A stretch of DNA of 64,000 bases, taken from NCBI GenBank assembly GCA_030765525.1, contig JAVCCK010000030.1, positions 12,488-76,487 on the forward strand. The letters are read 5' to 3'. This document shows, in pieces, positions 1-10,011 of this stretch (within the stretch, counting starts at the first letter, position 1; each line of letters opens with the position of its first letter). The notes under the pieces were generated by a model that saw only the letters and a program-made list of their open reading frames with translations, was not told the DNA's origin and made no database searches. The stretch is from Candidatus Lernaella stagnicola (GTDB taxonomy: Bacteria; Lernaellota; Lernaellaia; Lernaellales; Lernaellaceae). The position numbers were made by a program, and so were the translations under genes.

Positions 1-495
1 GCGTGTCGCCCGCCCCACGCGCACAGGTATCGCCCACCAGGCCATGGGCAGTAGCGTGAGGATATCGCTGCGCAGATCTATGGCGAGATCGTAGCGCCGC
101 CGTCGCAATCGCCACAGCCAGCGCCAATCGACGCCGAGGCTCAACTCCCGGCGTACGGTGCGCAAGAAGCGGTAGCCCCACGGCGCGTAGGGCAGCACCT
201 CGTCGACATCTTCGATCATGCGCGCCACGTCCGCGGCCCACGGGCCGACCATCAGTTCGATGCGCGCATCGGGGAAACGTTTTCGCAGGCTGCGAAGGGC
301 CGGGGTGGATTCCACGAGGTCGCCGATGCCGTCGCAGCGGGTGACGAGAATTCGTTGCGGGTGGCGTGGGATGACGCGGCGACGCCATCGCCATCGCCAG
401 AGTGCGCTCCGGACGGCCCCGAAACGATCGATCAACCACAAAAAGAGTCGGACCCGCGGGCTGAGGGATTCATACTCGGCGAGTTTTGGCGGCAC
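1..495 (-). CDS. glycosyltransferase family 9 (heptosyltransferase-like), N-terminal part; gene continues past the window start
   Basis: Absent from the ORF track because there is no stop inside the window. My reverse-strand translation of about 1-440 reads ...RILVTRCDGIGDLVESTPALRSLRKRFPDARIELMVGPWAADVARMIEDVDEV..., a typical GT9 N-terminus. The frame opens right after the TAA (502-504) of the upstream gene. Candidate starts are GTG 495 and TTG 441/435, so the start is uncertain. Confidence 0.55.
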   Translation of the reverse strand, partial: MPPKLAEYESLSPRVRLFLWLIDRFGAVRSALWRWRWRRRVIPRHPQRILVTRCDGIGDLVESTPALRSLRKRFPDARIELMVGPWAADVARMIEDVDEVLPYAPWGYRFLRTVRRELSLGVDWRWLWRLRRRRYDLAIDLRSDILTLLPMAWWAIPVRVGRATR

Positions 496-501
496 CGGGG
501 G

Positions 502-2709
502 TTACATCTCGTCGGCCATGTCCGTGCGCACTTCGAGAATACGATCGCCGGGCACCAGGGCTTCGATGACGTCAAGCGAGGCGTCGTCGGTCACGAGCCC
601 GAAGGCTGTGTAGCGATCGTCCAAATGCGGCGTCGGCACGGCGGTAAAGAAGAACTGACTGCCGCCGGTGTCGTGGCCGCTGGTGGCCATGCCGATGGTC
701 CCGGCCGCGAAGCGCAGCATGCCCTCTTCCTCCCGTATGGCGTAACCGGGCCCGCCCCAGCCGAGTCGTTGCGGATCGCCGCTTTGGGCCGCGAAGGCAG
801 GCACGACACGATGGAAAACGAGATTGTCGTAGAATTCGGTGATCGACAACCGCACGAAGTTGTCGCTGCTCAGGGGCGTCAGGTCCCGGCGCACGGCGAA
901 GTTAATGGTGCCCTTCGAAGTGTGCATGTACATTTTGGTGACCGCGTCCCTGCCCTCCAAGAAACGGCGCGCCAGACTTTGGTAGTCGCCGATGCTTTTG
1001 CCGGTGGCCACGCCGAACAGTTGTTTTTTGTGAATCTCCCGCGTCAGGCGATGCATTACGCCCACCGAGCGGCGCCGCACGTCCAGACGCTTGTTATCCA
1101 GGCCCACGCGCGCCACTTCGCTTAACACGACTTCGGCGCTGACGTTGGCGTCCTTGCTCTTGGCCAACGATTCCAGCGCGTCGAACACCGCCATCGTGAC
1201 GTCGCTTTCGCGGTCGTCCTCGGCCCGCCGAGCGATTCCCACAAGCTTCTTGATGGCGTCGCGCTCGCCGGTCGCACCGAGCGAATCCACGGCCCTTGCC
1301 AGCACGAAGGGATCCTGATCCATCAGCCAACTCTCGTGCTTCTTGACGGCTTGGCCGTCCGGCTCGCCATTTTTATCGTAGGTCAAGGCAAACACGATGC
1401 GACGGCGCACCGGCTGACTCTTGACGAAGCGCACCGGCACGCTGGCTCCACCGGCCAACCAGTTCAGTTTGTCCCGCGCGTCGGCGGCGGCAAGCAATTC
1501 CACGTAATGCAACGCGTTCTCGTCATTGCCGGCGTAATCCGTCGGCATCAGCCCGACCACGTAATCGGCCGCTCCAGCCTCGGCGGCGGCGAGCTGCGCC
1601 AGCTTTGAATAGGGCGTGTTTTGTTCGGATATCTTCCACAGATCACGGCCGATATCGGGCCGGTCGAGTTTCGCCATGGCCGTCAAAATCGCCTGATGCA
1701 GGCTCGTAGCCTGTTCGATGCCCGCTTCGTTGAGCGCCTTTTTGAGCATGTCGAAGGCCTGCTCGGGCGTTTCGAGCACGGCGCAGGCTTCCGCGGCGGC
1801 GATTTTCTCCTGCAACGACCCGCTTATCAGCAAATCGCGGGCGGCGGCTTTGACTTCCACGTCTTTGATGCCGCGCCGAACCAGCGCTCGCAGCGCCTGG
1901 GCCCGAGTCCACGAGACAATCCGCGCGTTGCCATTTTTCTCGGTGTCGCGTTTCAGCAGATTTTTCAACTTAGCCGTCAACTCGAGTTTCGTCGTTTCTT
2001 TGCGGCCGGCGAAATACGCGGCGTAGTACACGATATCCCAGTCGGGGTGCGTCAATGCATACCCGAAAACGGCCTCGCGCTGGTTCTTTTTCTCGGTGAT
2101 CAGCGGCGGCGGTTCAAAAGGAAATTCCGCGCCCTCGGCAGCGGCAACGCGCACCGCGGCCCGGACCAACGGCTTGATATCGCCCTCGAATTTCCCGGCG
2201 ACGATACCGTCGATCACATCGCGTGCTTGCTTGTAGCCCGTGCCCGGTAACGCCAGGGCGACGGCTTCCAGCGCGGCGGCCCGCACGGCGGGGGATGAAT
2301 CTTTTTCCGCCACGGCAAGCAGTTCCTTGGCCAACACCGGCGGACGGCGGATGTGGTACGTGTTTTCCGGTGAGTTGGCCCACAGTAGGCCGATGTATTT
2401 GGCGATCAGGGCGCGGTCAAGACTCTCGTCACGCAGGGCCTTGAGCATTTGGGGCGAGGCGTCGACGTTGCCGATATGCGCCATGGCTCGTGCGGCTAGG
2501 TGACGTTCCAGGGTCGGTCGCTCCTTGTCCAGCAATACCTTGACCAGGAAGGCGTCAAATTGCAGCGAATCCTCCGCCTGGAGAATTTTCGCAATAGTGT
2601 CAACGTCTTGGGCCATTACGGGCGTCGCGCTCGTGACGCCGAGAACGACGCACGCGCCGCAAAGTAATGACACAATCAGACTTCTCGCCACAAAGCGACG
2701 TATTCTCAC
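502..2709 (-). CDS. exported helical-repeat (HEAT-like) protein with C-terminal cyclophilin-type peptidyl-prolyl isomerase domain
   Basis: 735-aa ORF with GTG start at 2709 preceded by GGAGGAG. Signal peptide MRIRRFVARSLIVSLLCGACVVLGVTSATPVMAQ, then a long Ala/Leu-rich helical repeat region. The C-terminus carries cyclophilin motifs FHRVVPAFAAQSGDP, GGPGYAIREE and GTIGMATSGHDTGGSQFFFT. Confidence 0.85.
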   Translation of the reverse strand: MRIRRFVARSLIVSLLCGACVVLGVTSATPVMAQDVDTIAKILQAEDSLQFDAFLVKVLLDKERPTLERHLAARAMAHIGNVDASPQMLKALRDESLDRALIAKYIGLLWANSPENTYHIRRPPVLAKELLAVAEKDSSPAVRAAALEAVALALPGTGYKQARDVIDGIVAGKFEGDIKPLVRAAVRVAAAEGAEFPFEPPPLITEKKNQREAVFGYALTHPDWDIVYYAAYFAGRKETTKLELTAKLKNLLKRDTEKNGNARIVSWTRAQALRALVRRGIKDVEVKAAARDLLISGSLQEKIAAAEACAVLETPEQAFDMLKKALNEAGIEQATSLHQAILTAMAKLDRPDIGRDLWKISEQNTPYSKLAQLAAAEAGAADYVVGLMPTDYAGNDENALHYVELLAAADARDKLNWLAGGASVPVRFVKSQPVRRRIVFALTYDKNGEPDGQAVKKHESWLMDQDPFVLARAVDSLGATGERDAIKKLVGIARRAEDDRESDVTMAVFDALESLAKSKDANVSAEVVLSEVARVGLDNKRLDVRRRSVGVMHRLTREIHKKQLFGVATGKSIGDYQSLARRFLEGRDAVTKMYMHTSKGTINFAVRRDLTPLSSDNFVRLSITEFYDNLVFHRVVPAFAAQSGDPQRLGWGGPGYAIREEEGMLRFAAGTIGMATSGHDTGGSQFFFTAVPTPHLDDRYTAFGLVTDDASLDVIEALVPGDRILEVRTDMADEM

Positions 2710-2773
2710 CGGCTCCTCCCAACTGTGATTACATCGTGAGTGTGCGGCCCCGAAGCCCCGCGGTCAAGCCGCG

Positions 2774-3406
2774 TCAGGGTTCTTCGTTCTCAACATACAG
2801 ATTCAGCACGAACGAATGAAGGTCGTTGACGTAGGTCAAAGAATGCCGGACGCGCTGTGCTTCAATCGCCGAAGACACGACGCCGCCGACCACCGCCACG
2901 CCGCACTGCACCTCCACCTGCAACTGGCTGGGGCGCACGCCGGGTACGCGCATCAGGCGGCGGATGACCGTCTTGCGCAGTTTTTCGTCGGCCGCGATTT
3001 GGATCAAACTTCGCCGGTCTCCGTGTGTGACCTGCGGGCGAAAACCGCTCTGCAGTTTGATTTCGCTTTTGACGCCGCGAACGCCGGGCAACGTGCGGGC
3101 AACGGCCTCGGCAAGGGCCTTCTCCTGGTGCGTGCGTACGGTGCCGCGCATCGTCACGACGCCTTTTTCCACCAGCAGGCGCACGCGCTGGACCTCGGGC
3201 CGTTTGGTTGCGGTCAGACCTTCCCGTACGCGCCTAGCGATGACCGGGTCGGGTACGGGCTTGACCTTGAACCTGTCCGGCTCGCCGGGATCCTTCAGCG
3301 GCTGGGGGGAAGCGTCGGGCGTGCCTTGGTCGTCACCCGTCGCATCGTCGGCCCAAGCGGGACAGGCGAACATCGCAATTACGACTATGGCGGCTAACCA
3401 ACGCAT
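2774..3406 (-). CDS. exported BON-domain protein (OsmY-like, two BON domains)
   Basis: Two BON-like segments: VEKGVVTMRGTVRTHQEKALAEAVARTLPGVRGVKSEIKL and VQCGVAVVGGVVSSAIEAQRVRHSLTYVNDL. I prefer ATG 3406 (MRWLAAIVVIAMFACPAWADD signal peptide) over the track's TTG at 3442. Confidence 0.75.
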   Translation of the reverse strand: MRWLAAIVVIAMFACPAWADDATGDDQGTPDASPQPLKDPGEPDRFKVKPVPDPVIARRVREGLTATKRPEVQRVRLLVEKGVVTMRGTVRTHQEKALAEAVARTLPGVRGVKSEIKLQSGFRPQVTHGDRRSLIQIAADEKLRKTVIRRLMRVPGVRPSQLQVEVQCGVAVVGGVVSSAIEAQRVRHSLTYVNDLHSFVLNLYVENEEP

Positions 3407-3511
3407 CGACGCCAGTGTGCCGCGACGGCCGCGCAATCGCAAGTGTTTCCGCCCTTTGCAAGCAACGCGGCATCTGCTAACACAAGGGGACTTTTTTTTC
3501 TGGGGTAGATT

Positions 3512-4342
3512 TTGTTTCGACGCACTTGGTTGATTTTTCTACTATTGCTCCTTCTGCCCGCCGCGGTTTGGGCGCAAACCATACCGACGCCGGGCGACCT
3601 GCCCACCGGGCGACGCCCCAACAGTTGGCACATTTTCAACGGCATGGCCGCCGGTTTGAACGGTCCCGTGCTGGGCGACGTACTCAAAGTGTATCGAAAA
3701 ATGCCCTGGGGCGTGGGCGACACGCTGCTCAATTGCGACAGCCATTGGCGCGCCGGCGGACAACTCATGACCACGCCCGCGTTTATCCGCCCTTCGGTGA
3801 TGGCGGGCTTTTCGCCCTGGCTATTCATGGATTTGGACGTTCACTACGGCACGGTCATCAATTTTACCGAGGTTAATTTCGATTCCTATAACGACAGCTA
3901 CGATGCCCAAAAGCCCGGCGAACCCGACCGTTATTTTACGTTGCAGCAACAAGCGCAGGCCAATCTCACTCTGAAAATGGCTGCCGGGCCCATCGCGGTG
4001 CTGCACTTCACCGATTTGGACTGGTGGCTTAGCGACGACTACTACTTCAACTGGGAGTTCGCGACCGTCGTCCGGGACGGGTTTTCGCTGCGCAACCGCA
4101 CGTTTCTTCTCTACGAGTTCATGAAAAACTGGCGAATCTTCATCAATTACGAGAACAACAACTACTTTGAATCCTATTACATGAACGAGTTGGTCTCCTC
4201 CGGCTTTGTCATCATGCATCCGCCTTGGAACAACTTCCTCTGGCTGTTCCAGCTCGGTTACCACGTCCACAACCCCGATTTCGAGGGTCTCAAGGTTTGG
4301 TCGGCGTTTGTGATGGAGTGGGATTTCCCCGACGCCGAGTAG
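3512..4342 (+). CDS. hypothetical exported protein, aromatic-rich (possible outer-membrane protein)
   Basis: TTG start. Signal peptide MFRRTWLIFLLLLLLPAAVWAQT. The rest is rich in W/Y/F/N with alternating patterns. No family recognised. Confidence 0.5.
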   Translation: MFRRTWLIFLLLLLLPAAVWAQTIPTPGDLPTGRRPNSWHIFNGMAAGLNGPVLGDVLKVYRKMPWGVGDTLLNCDSHWRAGGQLMTTPAFIRPSVMAGFSPWLFMDLDVHYGTVINFTEVNFDSYNDSYDAQKPGEPDRYFTLQQQAQANLTLKMAAGPIAVLHFTDLDWWLSDDYYFNWEFATVVRDGFSLRNRTFLLYEFMKNWRIFINYENNNYFESYYMNELVSSGFVIMHPPWNNFLWLFQLGYHVHNPDFEGLKVWSAFVMEWDFPDAE

Positions 4343-4467
4343 CGCTCTTTTTTTCAGCAATTATCGTGTTTATTGAGTATTTCGAGGGGGTTCTTTGTCG
4401 AAATAACCAGCCCCTTTCGGCGCTTTTTTCTGTAAATGAAAGGGGTTGGCGGGCGCGGCTTTTTATG

Positions 4468-4497
4468 TTGACGGATTCGCGTGGGCCACTATATATT
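4468..4497 (+). promoter_or_regulatory. sigma70-like promoter upstream of smc
   Basis: TTGACG (4468-4473), a 16-nt spacer, then TATATA/TATATT (4490-4497), in an unusually AT-rich intergenic stretch about 110 nt upstream of the smc ATG. Confidence 0.45.
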
Positions 4498-4606
4498 GTG
4501 GTGTCACACCAGGTGGTTTCAATAACTTGCGTTTGTCTCGTGTTTTGGCGGCTTGGTGTACATGCTAAGTGTATGCGCTAAACAGGTGCGCGAACAGGGG
4601 AATTGG

Positions 4607-7600
4607 ATGCGAATTAAGGAAATCGAGCTCGTTGGGTTCAAAAGCTTCGTCGACAAGACCAAAATGACCTTCGACGAAGGTATCAGCGGCGTTGTGGGAC
4701 CCAACGGTTGCGGCAAAAGCAATATCGTCGACGCCATCCGCTGGTGCATGGGCGAAATGAGCGCCAAGAGCCTCCGCGGCTCCGAAATGCAGGATGTCAT
4801 CTTCAACGGCACCGAATCTCGCAAGCCGATGGGCATGGCGCAGGCGTCGATCTTATTTTCGTGCGAAGACGGCGTATACCCCTCCGGGTATGAGGGAATG
4901 ACCGAGATACAGGTGACGCGGCGGCTGTACCGCTCGGGCGAAAGCGAATACCTGATCAACCGCCGGCCCTGCCGCCTGAAGGATGTCATCGACCTTTTCC
5001 TGGACACCGGCATCGGCAGCCGGGCGTATTCGATCATCGAGCAGGGGCAGATCAGCCGCATTATCGCGGCCAAGCCTCTGGACCGCCGCGTGCTGATCGA
5101 AGAGGCGGCGGGTATCAGCAAATACCGGGTGAAGCGCGAGGAAGCCGAGCGCAAGATCGAAGCCACGCGCACGAATCTCAACCGGGTTAATGACCTGCTC
5201 TTTGAGATCAAGCGCACCCTGAACAGCCTGCAACGGCAGGCCGGCAAGGCGCGTCGCTACCACGAATTCAAAGCCGAGCTACGCGAATTGGACGTCGAAT
5301 TGGCGGCGCGTGAAAAGCGTCACCTGGGCAACGAGTCCGAGCGCGTGCGCACCGACCTGGCCCGCCTTCGCGACCTGCGCGCCGAGGCCGCGGTGCAACT
5401 CGAAGCCGACGAAACCCGGCTGGCCGCGCTGCGTTTGGACGTGCTGGAGCAGGAAAAGGCGATCAACACGGCCGTGGAGAAAGTCGGCGGAATTCGCGAA
5501 AACGTGCGTGCCGACGAGTCGCGCCGTGAAATCCTCGCGCACGACATACAAACCCTCGAAGAGCAAATCGGCGCGTGGCAGGAAGATGTGGAAAACGCCC
5601 GCGGGCGCATCGAGGAAATGGATCAGCAGGTCGCGGCGGCCGTGACCGAAATGGAACAACTCGACGAACAGATTCTCGCTGCCGAGGCCGTGCTTGGCGA
5701 GCATCAAGCGCGACTCGAAGCTGCCCTGCTGCGCCGTGCCGAACTGGACAAAACCGCGGAGGCGGCCCGGAACGAATTGCTGGGGCTGGCCGGTCGCAAA
5801 GCGTCGCTCGAACGCGCCGTGCAAAACCACGCGGAGAATGTCACGGCCCGGCACGAGCGGTTGGAGCAGACTCGGACACGGCTGGCTGACACCGACAGCG
5901 CGTTGGTTGCCTCCGTGAGCGACAAGGAGAAGCTGCACGAGGAAATCGAGCGGCTTACCACCGAGCGCCGCCACCTGGAACAAAACCTGGGTGAAAAGAC
6001 GGCGCGTCTGGCCGAACTCAAAAGCAACACCGACGGTCGCCGGCACGCGCTCGATGAAAGCCGCGCGGCGTTTCAAAAGAAAAAGGTCCGCCTCGAAAGC
6101 CTGCAGGAGATGGCCCGCAATTTGGAGGGCTATCAGTTCGGGGTGCGGCGCATTCTCGAAGCGGCACGCAGTGATTCCGGCGCGCTCAACGGCAGCAGCA
6201 AATCGATTCTGGGCGTGCTGGCCGACAAGATTGAAATCAACGAGAAATTCGAGACCGCGCTTGAGGCCGTACTCGGCGAGCGCTTGCAGGCGGTGCTGGT
6301 CACCGACCAGGAAACGGGCGCGGTAGCGGCCGATTTTCTCAAGACCGAACACGCCGGGCGTAGTTCCTTCGTGCCGGTCGCGCCGCGATTGATTGAAGCC
6401 CACTACCCCGCCGCCACGGCCGGCCAAACGCTCGGCCCGTTGACCGAACACGTCAGCGTGGCATCGGAATTCGAAGATGCCGCCCACGCGTTGTTGGATA
6501 ACGTGTTGGTGGTCGACAACCTGGAGACGGCGCTTCGTCTGCACAAAGCCAACGGATACACGGGCGCGTTCGTCACGCTCGACGGTGAAGTTGTCGACCC
6601 CTCGGGCGCCATCACCGGCGGCCAGGTGGACGCGGTGACCAGCGGTTTGTTGCAGAAAAAACGGGAAATCGCCGCTCTCTCCGAGGGCATGGGCGACGAA
6701 GAAGGCGCGGTCAAGAAAGCGGAAGACGAGTACTACAAAGCCGAGGGCATGATCGCCCGCCTGCAGGACGTGGTCGCCCAGGTCCGCAAGGAACTGGACG
6801 AGAATCACATTGCGCTCTCGGAAAACCGCGGTGAACTGGGGCGCCTGGACCGCGAAATCGAACGGCTGAACACCGAGAACGCCCGTCTGGCGCAAGCGGC
6901 GCATCGCATCACCGAAGAGTTGGACGAATCGGCTCGCCGGCACGAGGCGGAGGGAACCGATCTCGCCCAGATCGAGCACACGCTGGCCGCCGCACGCCAC
7001 GCCACCGACGAAAAAACGGCCGCGCAACAGGCGCTCACAGCCGAAATCGACGGCATCCAGAACGCGGTGCGCGAGGCGATGCTGCGCGCGAACGAGTTGC
7101 GGCAGGCGAAGAACGCCGCCATGTCCCGGCGCGACAATTTCCAGCGGGCCAAGCAGGAAGCGCAGACGCTGGTCGCCCGTCGCGGCGAGCAATCCGAGGA
7201 GGCACGTACCAGGCAAAATGCGCACCGGGAACAGATCGGCGTGCTAACCAGCGGCTTGTCGGAGAAGCTCGACACGTTGGAGCAGGCCGAACGCGCCGCG
7301 GTGGAAGTGCGTGAAGGCGTGGACGAGAAAGTCACGACCGTCGAGCGGGCCGAAGCGGCGCTTAAGATGTTGCGGCGTGATATCGAAGGCTACGAGAAAG
7401 AGATTCACTCGTCGGATCTCAGCGCGTCGGAAATCAAGATGAAGTTCGAGCATCTGGCCGAACGCCTGATGGAAAAGTATGAGATGGCGTTGGAAGACAT
7501 TCCCGAACCGGCCGACGAGGCCGAAATCGACACCGAGGCGCTGCGGACGCGCGCGCGGGAAATCTCCCAGAAAATTTCGCAAATGGGCGAGGTCAACCCG

Positions 7601-8191
7601 AACGCGGTGGAAGAATTCGCCGAACAAAAGGAACGCTACGACCACTACGAAGCGCAGAAACTGGACCTCGATAACGCCATCGAAGAGTTGCGGCGCGCGA
7701 TTGCCAAGATCAACAAAACGAGCAAAGAACGCTTCGAGCAGACCTTCAATTTGGTCAACCACAAGTTCGGCGAAGTGATGCCCGTGCTCTTTGGCGGCGG
7801 CATGGCCCGCCTCGTGCTGACCGAACCGGATAAGCCGCTCGAAACCGGCATCGATATCGTCATCCGCCCCCCGGGCAAGCGTTTGACCAACGTGACGCTG
7901 CTGTCGGGCGGCGAGAAAGCGCTGGCTTCGATCGGCCTGATATTCTCGATCTTCCTGGTCAAGCCCAGCCCCTTCTGCCTGCTGGACGAAGTCGACGCGC
8001 CGCTTGACGACGCCAACATCTACCGTTTCAACAAACTGGTGAACGAAATGGCGGCGCACAGCCAGATCATCTTGATCACCCACAACAAGTCGACGATGGA
8101 AGTGGCCGACCGCTTGTTCGGCGTCACGATGCAGGAAAAAGGCGTTTCCCGCATGGTGAGCGTCGAGATGGTGAAGGACGAACTCGACTAG
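4607..8191 (+). CDS. smc: chromosome segregation protein SMC
   Basis: N-terminus MRIKEIELVGFKSFVDKTKMTFDEGISGVVGPNGCGKSNIVDAIRW (Walker A). Long coiled coils flank a hinge (GYTGAFVTLDGEVVDPSGAITGG). C-terminus has LSGGEKALASIGLIFSIFLVKPSPFCLLDEVDAPLDD (signature and Walker B). ATG 4607 chosen over the track's upstream start at 4553. Confidence 0.95.
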   Translation: MRIKEIELVGFKSFVDKTKMTFDEGISGVVGPNGCGKSNIVDAIRWCMGEMSAKSLRGSEMQDVIFNGTESRKPMGMAQASILFSCEDGVYPSGYEGMTEIQVTRRLYRSGESEYLINRRPCRLKDVIDLFLDTGIGSRAYSIIEQGQISRIIAAKPLDRRVLIEEAAGISKYRVKREEAERKIEATRTNLNRVNDLLFEIKRTLNSLQRQAGKARRYHEFKAELRELDVELAAREKRHLGNESERVRTDLARLRDLRAEAAVQLEADETRLAALRLDVLEQEKAINTAVEKVGGIRENVRADESRREILAHDIQTLEEQIGAWQEDVENARGRIEEMDQQVAAAVTEMEQLDEQILAAEAVLGEHQARLEAALLRRAELDKTAEAARNELLGLAGRKASLERAVQNHAENVTARHERLEQTRTRLADTDSALVASVSDKEKLHEEIERLTTERRHLEQNLGEKTARLAELKSNTDGRRHALDESRAAFQKKKVRLESLQEMARNLEGYQFGVRRILEAARSDSGALNGSSKSILGVLADKIEINEKFETALEAVLGERLQAVLVTDQETGAVAADFLKTEHAGRSSFVPVAPRLIEAHYPAATAGQTLGPLTEHVSVASEFEDAAHALLDNVLVVDNLETALRLHKANGYTGAFVTLDGEVVDPSGAITGGQVDAVTSGLLQKKREIAALSEGMGDEEGAVKKAEDEYYKAEGMIARLQDVVAQVRKELDENHIALSENRGELGRLDREIERLNTENARLAQAAHRITEELDESARRHEAEGTDLAQIEHTLAAARHATDEKTAAQQALTAEIDGIQNAVREAMLRANELRQAKNAAMSRRDNFQRAKQEAQTLVARRGEQSEEARTRQNAHREQIGVLTSGLSEKLDTLEQAERAAVEVREGVDEKVTTVERAEAALKMLRRDIEGYEKEIHSSDLSASEIKMKFEHLAERLMEKYEMALEDIPEPADEAEIDTEALRTRAREISQKISQMGEVNPNAVEEFAEQKERYDHYEAQKLDLDNAIEELRRAIAKINKTSKERFEQTFNLVNHKFGEVMPVLFGGGMARLVLTEPDKPLETGIDIVIRPPGKRLTNVTLLSGGEKALASIGLIFSIFLVKPSPFCLLDEVDAPLDDANIYRFNKLVNEMAAHSQIILITHNKSTMEVADRLFGVTMQEKGVSRMVSVEMVKDELD

Positions 8192-8214
8192 TTCCGCGCA
8201 ACGACAATCTCACG

Positions 8215-8241
8215 GCCCACCTCATTTGGGGTGGGCTTTTT
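8215..8241 (+). terminator. rho-independent terminator after smc
   Basis: GCCCACC (8215-8221), an 8-nt loop, GGTGGGC (8230-8236), then TTTTT. Confidence 0.7.
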
Positions 8242-8316
8242 CATTTGGTGATAAACGGAAAAAGCCGACCCAGTCGGGTCGGCTTGATAGATTCGTCGTC
8301 TTGTCAGTCGGCGTGT

Positions 8317-9051
8317 CTAGTCGAGGGCGGAATTGAGCAGCACATTCGTCGGCCGCTTGAACAAGACCGTGATTTCCACCTTCCGCCATTCGGGTATCGC
8401 CTTGCGCGAGGCATTGGCGCCGATGGCCCGCGTCGCCGGGGTTTTGCCCAGCGCCTGCATGTACACCTTGGAGCGGGAAATACCGTTTTTCGACAAGTAG
8501 TACCGCGCCACCAGCGCACGTCGGCCGGCCAGTGCGGTGTTGTCTTCCACGGTGCCGGGCGGGTCACAAAATGCCGAAATCAGCACGTAGAATTTGTGCT
8601 CCTTGGCCATGCCCTTCAAGAAGGCGATCGCTTTGTCGAGCTCGGCGCGCGATTCGGCGTTGATTTTGTTGGAGTTGTAGTCGAAGTAAATGACCGCTTT
8701 GAAATTCTTCAGTTCGTCAGGCGCGCCGTGAACGTTGGGCGCTTCGCCCCCGTGGACTTTGGCGGTCTCGGCGCATTTTTTCGCCAGATCAGCCAGATTA
8801 ACGGTCTGCCCCGCAACTATCCCGGCCTCGTCGTCTTCCTCGTCGGCCAACAGCAATTCGGCCTGCTTGAGTTTCAACTCGGCGCTCTGAAACTCTTGCG
8901 GACACCATTTGTCGGCACCCTGGTCCTGAGCGTCGGCCACGGCCAAACGAGCCGCTTCGACTTGGGGTCCGGCTCCCAACGGTTGGCTGGCGCATCCGGC
9001 CAACATCGCCAGAATGGAGACGGCAAACACGACAAAGATCATCCTTCTCAT
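8317..9051 (-). CDS. OmpA-family peptidoglycan-binding lipoprotein (second Pal-like protein)
   Basis: Lipobox MLAGC. Helical N-domain (AARLAVADAQDQGADKWCPQEFQSAELKLKQAE). C-terminal OmpA-like domain IYFDYNSNKI...DPPGTVEDNTALAGRRALVARYYLSKNGI. ATG preceded by GGAGGAAG. Confidence 0.8.
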   Translation of the reverse strand: MRRMIFVVFAVSILAMLAGCASQPLGAGPQVEAARLAVADAQDQGADKWCPQEFQSAELKLKQAELLLADEEDDEAGIVAGQTVNLADLAKKCAETAKVHGGEAPNVHGAPDELKNFKAVIYFDYNSNKINAESRAELDKAIAFLKGMAKEHKFYVLISAFCDPPGTVEDNTALAGRRALVARYYLSKNGISRSKVYMQALGKTPATRAIGANASRKAIPEWRKVEITVLFKRPTNVLLNSALD

Positions 9052-9151
9052 GGTCTTCCTCCCGGACGAAACCGTGCCGCCCGCACGAAAGGTTGGTATT
9101 CCTCTGATTTAGAACGCTTATACCGCGATTGCCGGTACCGTGCAAGTATTC

Positions 9152-9979
9152 TCAGCGCAAGCCTTTCAACTTCTTGCGGGCCACGATCGCTTCGCGGCTC
9201 TTGGGAAATGACGCGATGACTTTTTCGAAAAACAGCTTCGCGTCGGCCGGCTGCCCGACTTCGTAAAACGCCACGCCCATGTGCAAGTAGGTCGGCGCCA
9301 AGTGACTGCTGCGGGGGTAATCGGCCGACAAGGTGTCGAAGGCCAGAATGGCGTCCATCCAACGGCCCTGTTTGAAATGCGATTCGGCCAGATAGAACTG
9401 CGCCGTGTGGGCTCTTTTGCTCTTGGGATAGAGTTTCAGGAATTCCCGAAATTTCACCTTCGCGGTTTCCAAATTGCCCTGGTTGAACAGCGCGATGGCG
9501 GTCTTGAGAAGATCCTGCTCTTTCGGTTTCTTGCCAACATCGACTGGAGCAGTCGTCACGTTCGAAGTGAACACTTCGAGGTTGCCTTTGTCGACGTCCC
9601 GCAGGCGCGCCCGCTTTTCGAAGGTGACCAGGCGCTTGTCCAGGGCTTTAAACTGGCGGCCCAATTGCCGCCGCAGGAGGGTGATTTGCTCGGGTGAGAG
9701 CTGGCCGCCGCGCGCCATCTCGTCGAGTTTCCCCTGCAAGATACCGACTTCCTGCTGCAACTGTTCGAAACCCAGCACGGCGTCGCCGGCCATCTGCGAA
9801 CTGGCGTCGAAACGCGATTTGAGATCGGCGACTTGTTGTTCCAGCGTGTCGACTCGCGTATTGAGGCCCCCGACACTGGCTTCGAGTTGGTTGCCTTGCG
9901 AAGTCTTAATGGGGCAACCGGGAAGCATCAGTGCCATAAGTCCAAGAGCCAGCGCGGCCAAAAGCCATCGTTTCACCAT
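9152..9979 (-). CDS. cpoB: Tol-Pal system protein YbgF/CpoB (coiled coil plus TPR)
   Basis: Signal/lipobox-like N-terminus, a coiled-coil segment (LEQQVADLKSRFD...LQQEVGILQGKLDE), and a C-terminal TPR region (AIALFNQGNLETAKVKFREFLKLYPKSKRAHTAQFYLAESHFKQGRW...). Lies directly downstream of pal. Confidence 0.8.
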   Translation of the reverse strand: MVKRWLLAALALGLMALMLPGCPIKTSQGNQLEASVGGLNTRVDTLEQQVADLKSRFDASSQMAGDAVLGFEQLQQEVGILQGKLDEMARGGQLSPEQITLLRRQLGRQFKALDKRLVTFEKRARLRDVDKGNLEVFTSNVTTAPVDVGKKPKEQDLLKTAIALFNQGNLETAKVKFREFLKLYPKSKRAHTAQFYLAESHFKQGRWMDAILAFDTLSADYPRSSHLAPTYLHMGVAFYEVGQPADAKLFFEKVIASFPKSREAIVARKKLKGLR

Positions 9980-10011
9980 AACGCACCTCGTCTGTCGATT
10001 CGGTTCGGCGG

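Noticed and set aside
355-1125. 256-aa plus-strand ORF and the 218-613 ORF at the window start.
   Set aside because: They overlap the cyclophilin domain and the GT9 N-terminus, which are encoded on the minus strand with clear motifs. They have no motifs of their own.
4343-4467. Possible terminator or structured RNA in the AT-rich spacer before smc (CCCCTTTC...GAAAGGGG).
   Set aside because: The stem has a 19-nt loop and no clean U-run. I cannot distinguish it from chance pairing, so only the promoter-like element downstream is reported.
5279-7225. 648-aa ORF antisense to smc. Similar long antisense ORFs occur at 7244-8083, 26130-27497, 36078-37115, 43556-44863, 56942-58375 and 58771-59943.
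   Set aside because: They lie entirely inside genes with unmistakable family motifs on the other strand. Their translations are Arg/Gly/Ala/Val-rich with no motifs. This is typical of stop-codon-poor shadow frames in GC-rich DNA.
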